Below are positions 63,440-64,000 of a stretch of DNA of 64,000 nucleotides, one piece after another. Position numbers and translations under genes: made by a program. The DNA comes from Callorhinchus milii. Its lineage: Eukaryota. The stretch lies in NCBI RefSeq assembly GCF_018977255.1, contig NW_024704743.1:94614001-94678000 (forward strand). The letters run 5' to 3'. Every line of letters begins with the position of its first letter. Positions within the stretch are counted from its first letter, which is position 1. The notes beneath the pieces were generated by a model, which was not told the DNA's origin, ran no database searches, and saw nothing but the letters and a program-made list of their open reading frames with translations.

Positions 63440-63595
63440 CCATCCCACAACCTTTTGACTTAAAGTGGAGAGTGCTGCTACCACTGAGCCAGACTGACAC
63501 ACAAATCATTATTCCCGGATCGCCAATCGGCGAACCGGATTCCTACTTACTCGTAGGTAAACAGAGGCATTTGGAGTAAGGAAACTTGCCAAAGG
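63440..63595 (-). mobile_element. Deu-SINE head fragment followed by a long-subfamily tRNA-SINE fragment
   Basis: cacaacctt..ccactgagccagactgacac, then cctacttact..taaacagaggc..gtaaggaaacttgcc. Confidence 0.65.
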
Positions 63596-64000
63596 TTAAT
63601 CATGAATTGTTTATAAGGGTCTCTCACCTCAAACCTATAGATAGTTTTGTAACCAATTTGGGAAGATGGTCACTCATCTCACATAAATGAGGAATATTTA
63701 CCACCACAGTGCATACTTCTGAATTAAAACAGGAAGATTTCAATGTTTATAAACCCTACATAAATCATTATTTTACTCAAAGGGTTGACACCACAAACAG
63801 AACCTTTCATTGTTGAAGTTCCCCCCCCTAAACTACCAATGACTGAAACATTATTGCTGGTCTCTTCCAATATGAATTATTTAATAGTTGTTTTCTGGCT
63901 AACTTTGAGTTCTGAATACCCAGAGTCTGGTAAGCCGTTGTTTCCATACAGCCTGACCGCTCGCTCCCGGTCCCCGCGTGCGCACTATGGCTGCCGCTTT

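Noticed and set aside
1..64000. CRISPR array, operon, retron or other prokaryote-type system
   Set aside because: No regularly spaced repeats or dense ORFs. The sequence is vertebrate intronic DNA and all clear RT fragments are LINE-derived.

Overview
Eukaryotic, repeat-rich genomic DNA from a vertebrate. The repeat content (tRNA/Deu-type SINEs with L2 tails, shark-type CR1, a Penelope-like palindrome) suggests a cartilaginous fish; that is inference. The window lies inside a large + strand gene of the NOL4/NOL4L family, most likely NOL4L. Two internal coding exons (11705-11843 and 52476-52780) splice in frame across a 40.6 kb intron. Almost all other ORFs in the track are decayed L2 or CR1 ORF2 fragments, their antisense shadows, or SINE-derived. 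I found no convincing new protein-coding system. The best observations are: an L2/SINE pair sharing a 3' stem-loop, with one SINE subfamily carrying the L2 loop; L2 insertion junctions with target-site duplications (TSDs) and a fold-back hairpin; a SINE inserted into the YxDD motif of an L2; an old unclassified repeat family with at least 7 copies; a ~125 bp palindrome; and a candidate 45-nt in-frame cassette exon. Family and gene names come from my recall of reference sequences, not from a database search. Repeat boundaries are approximate unless a TSD is given.
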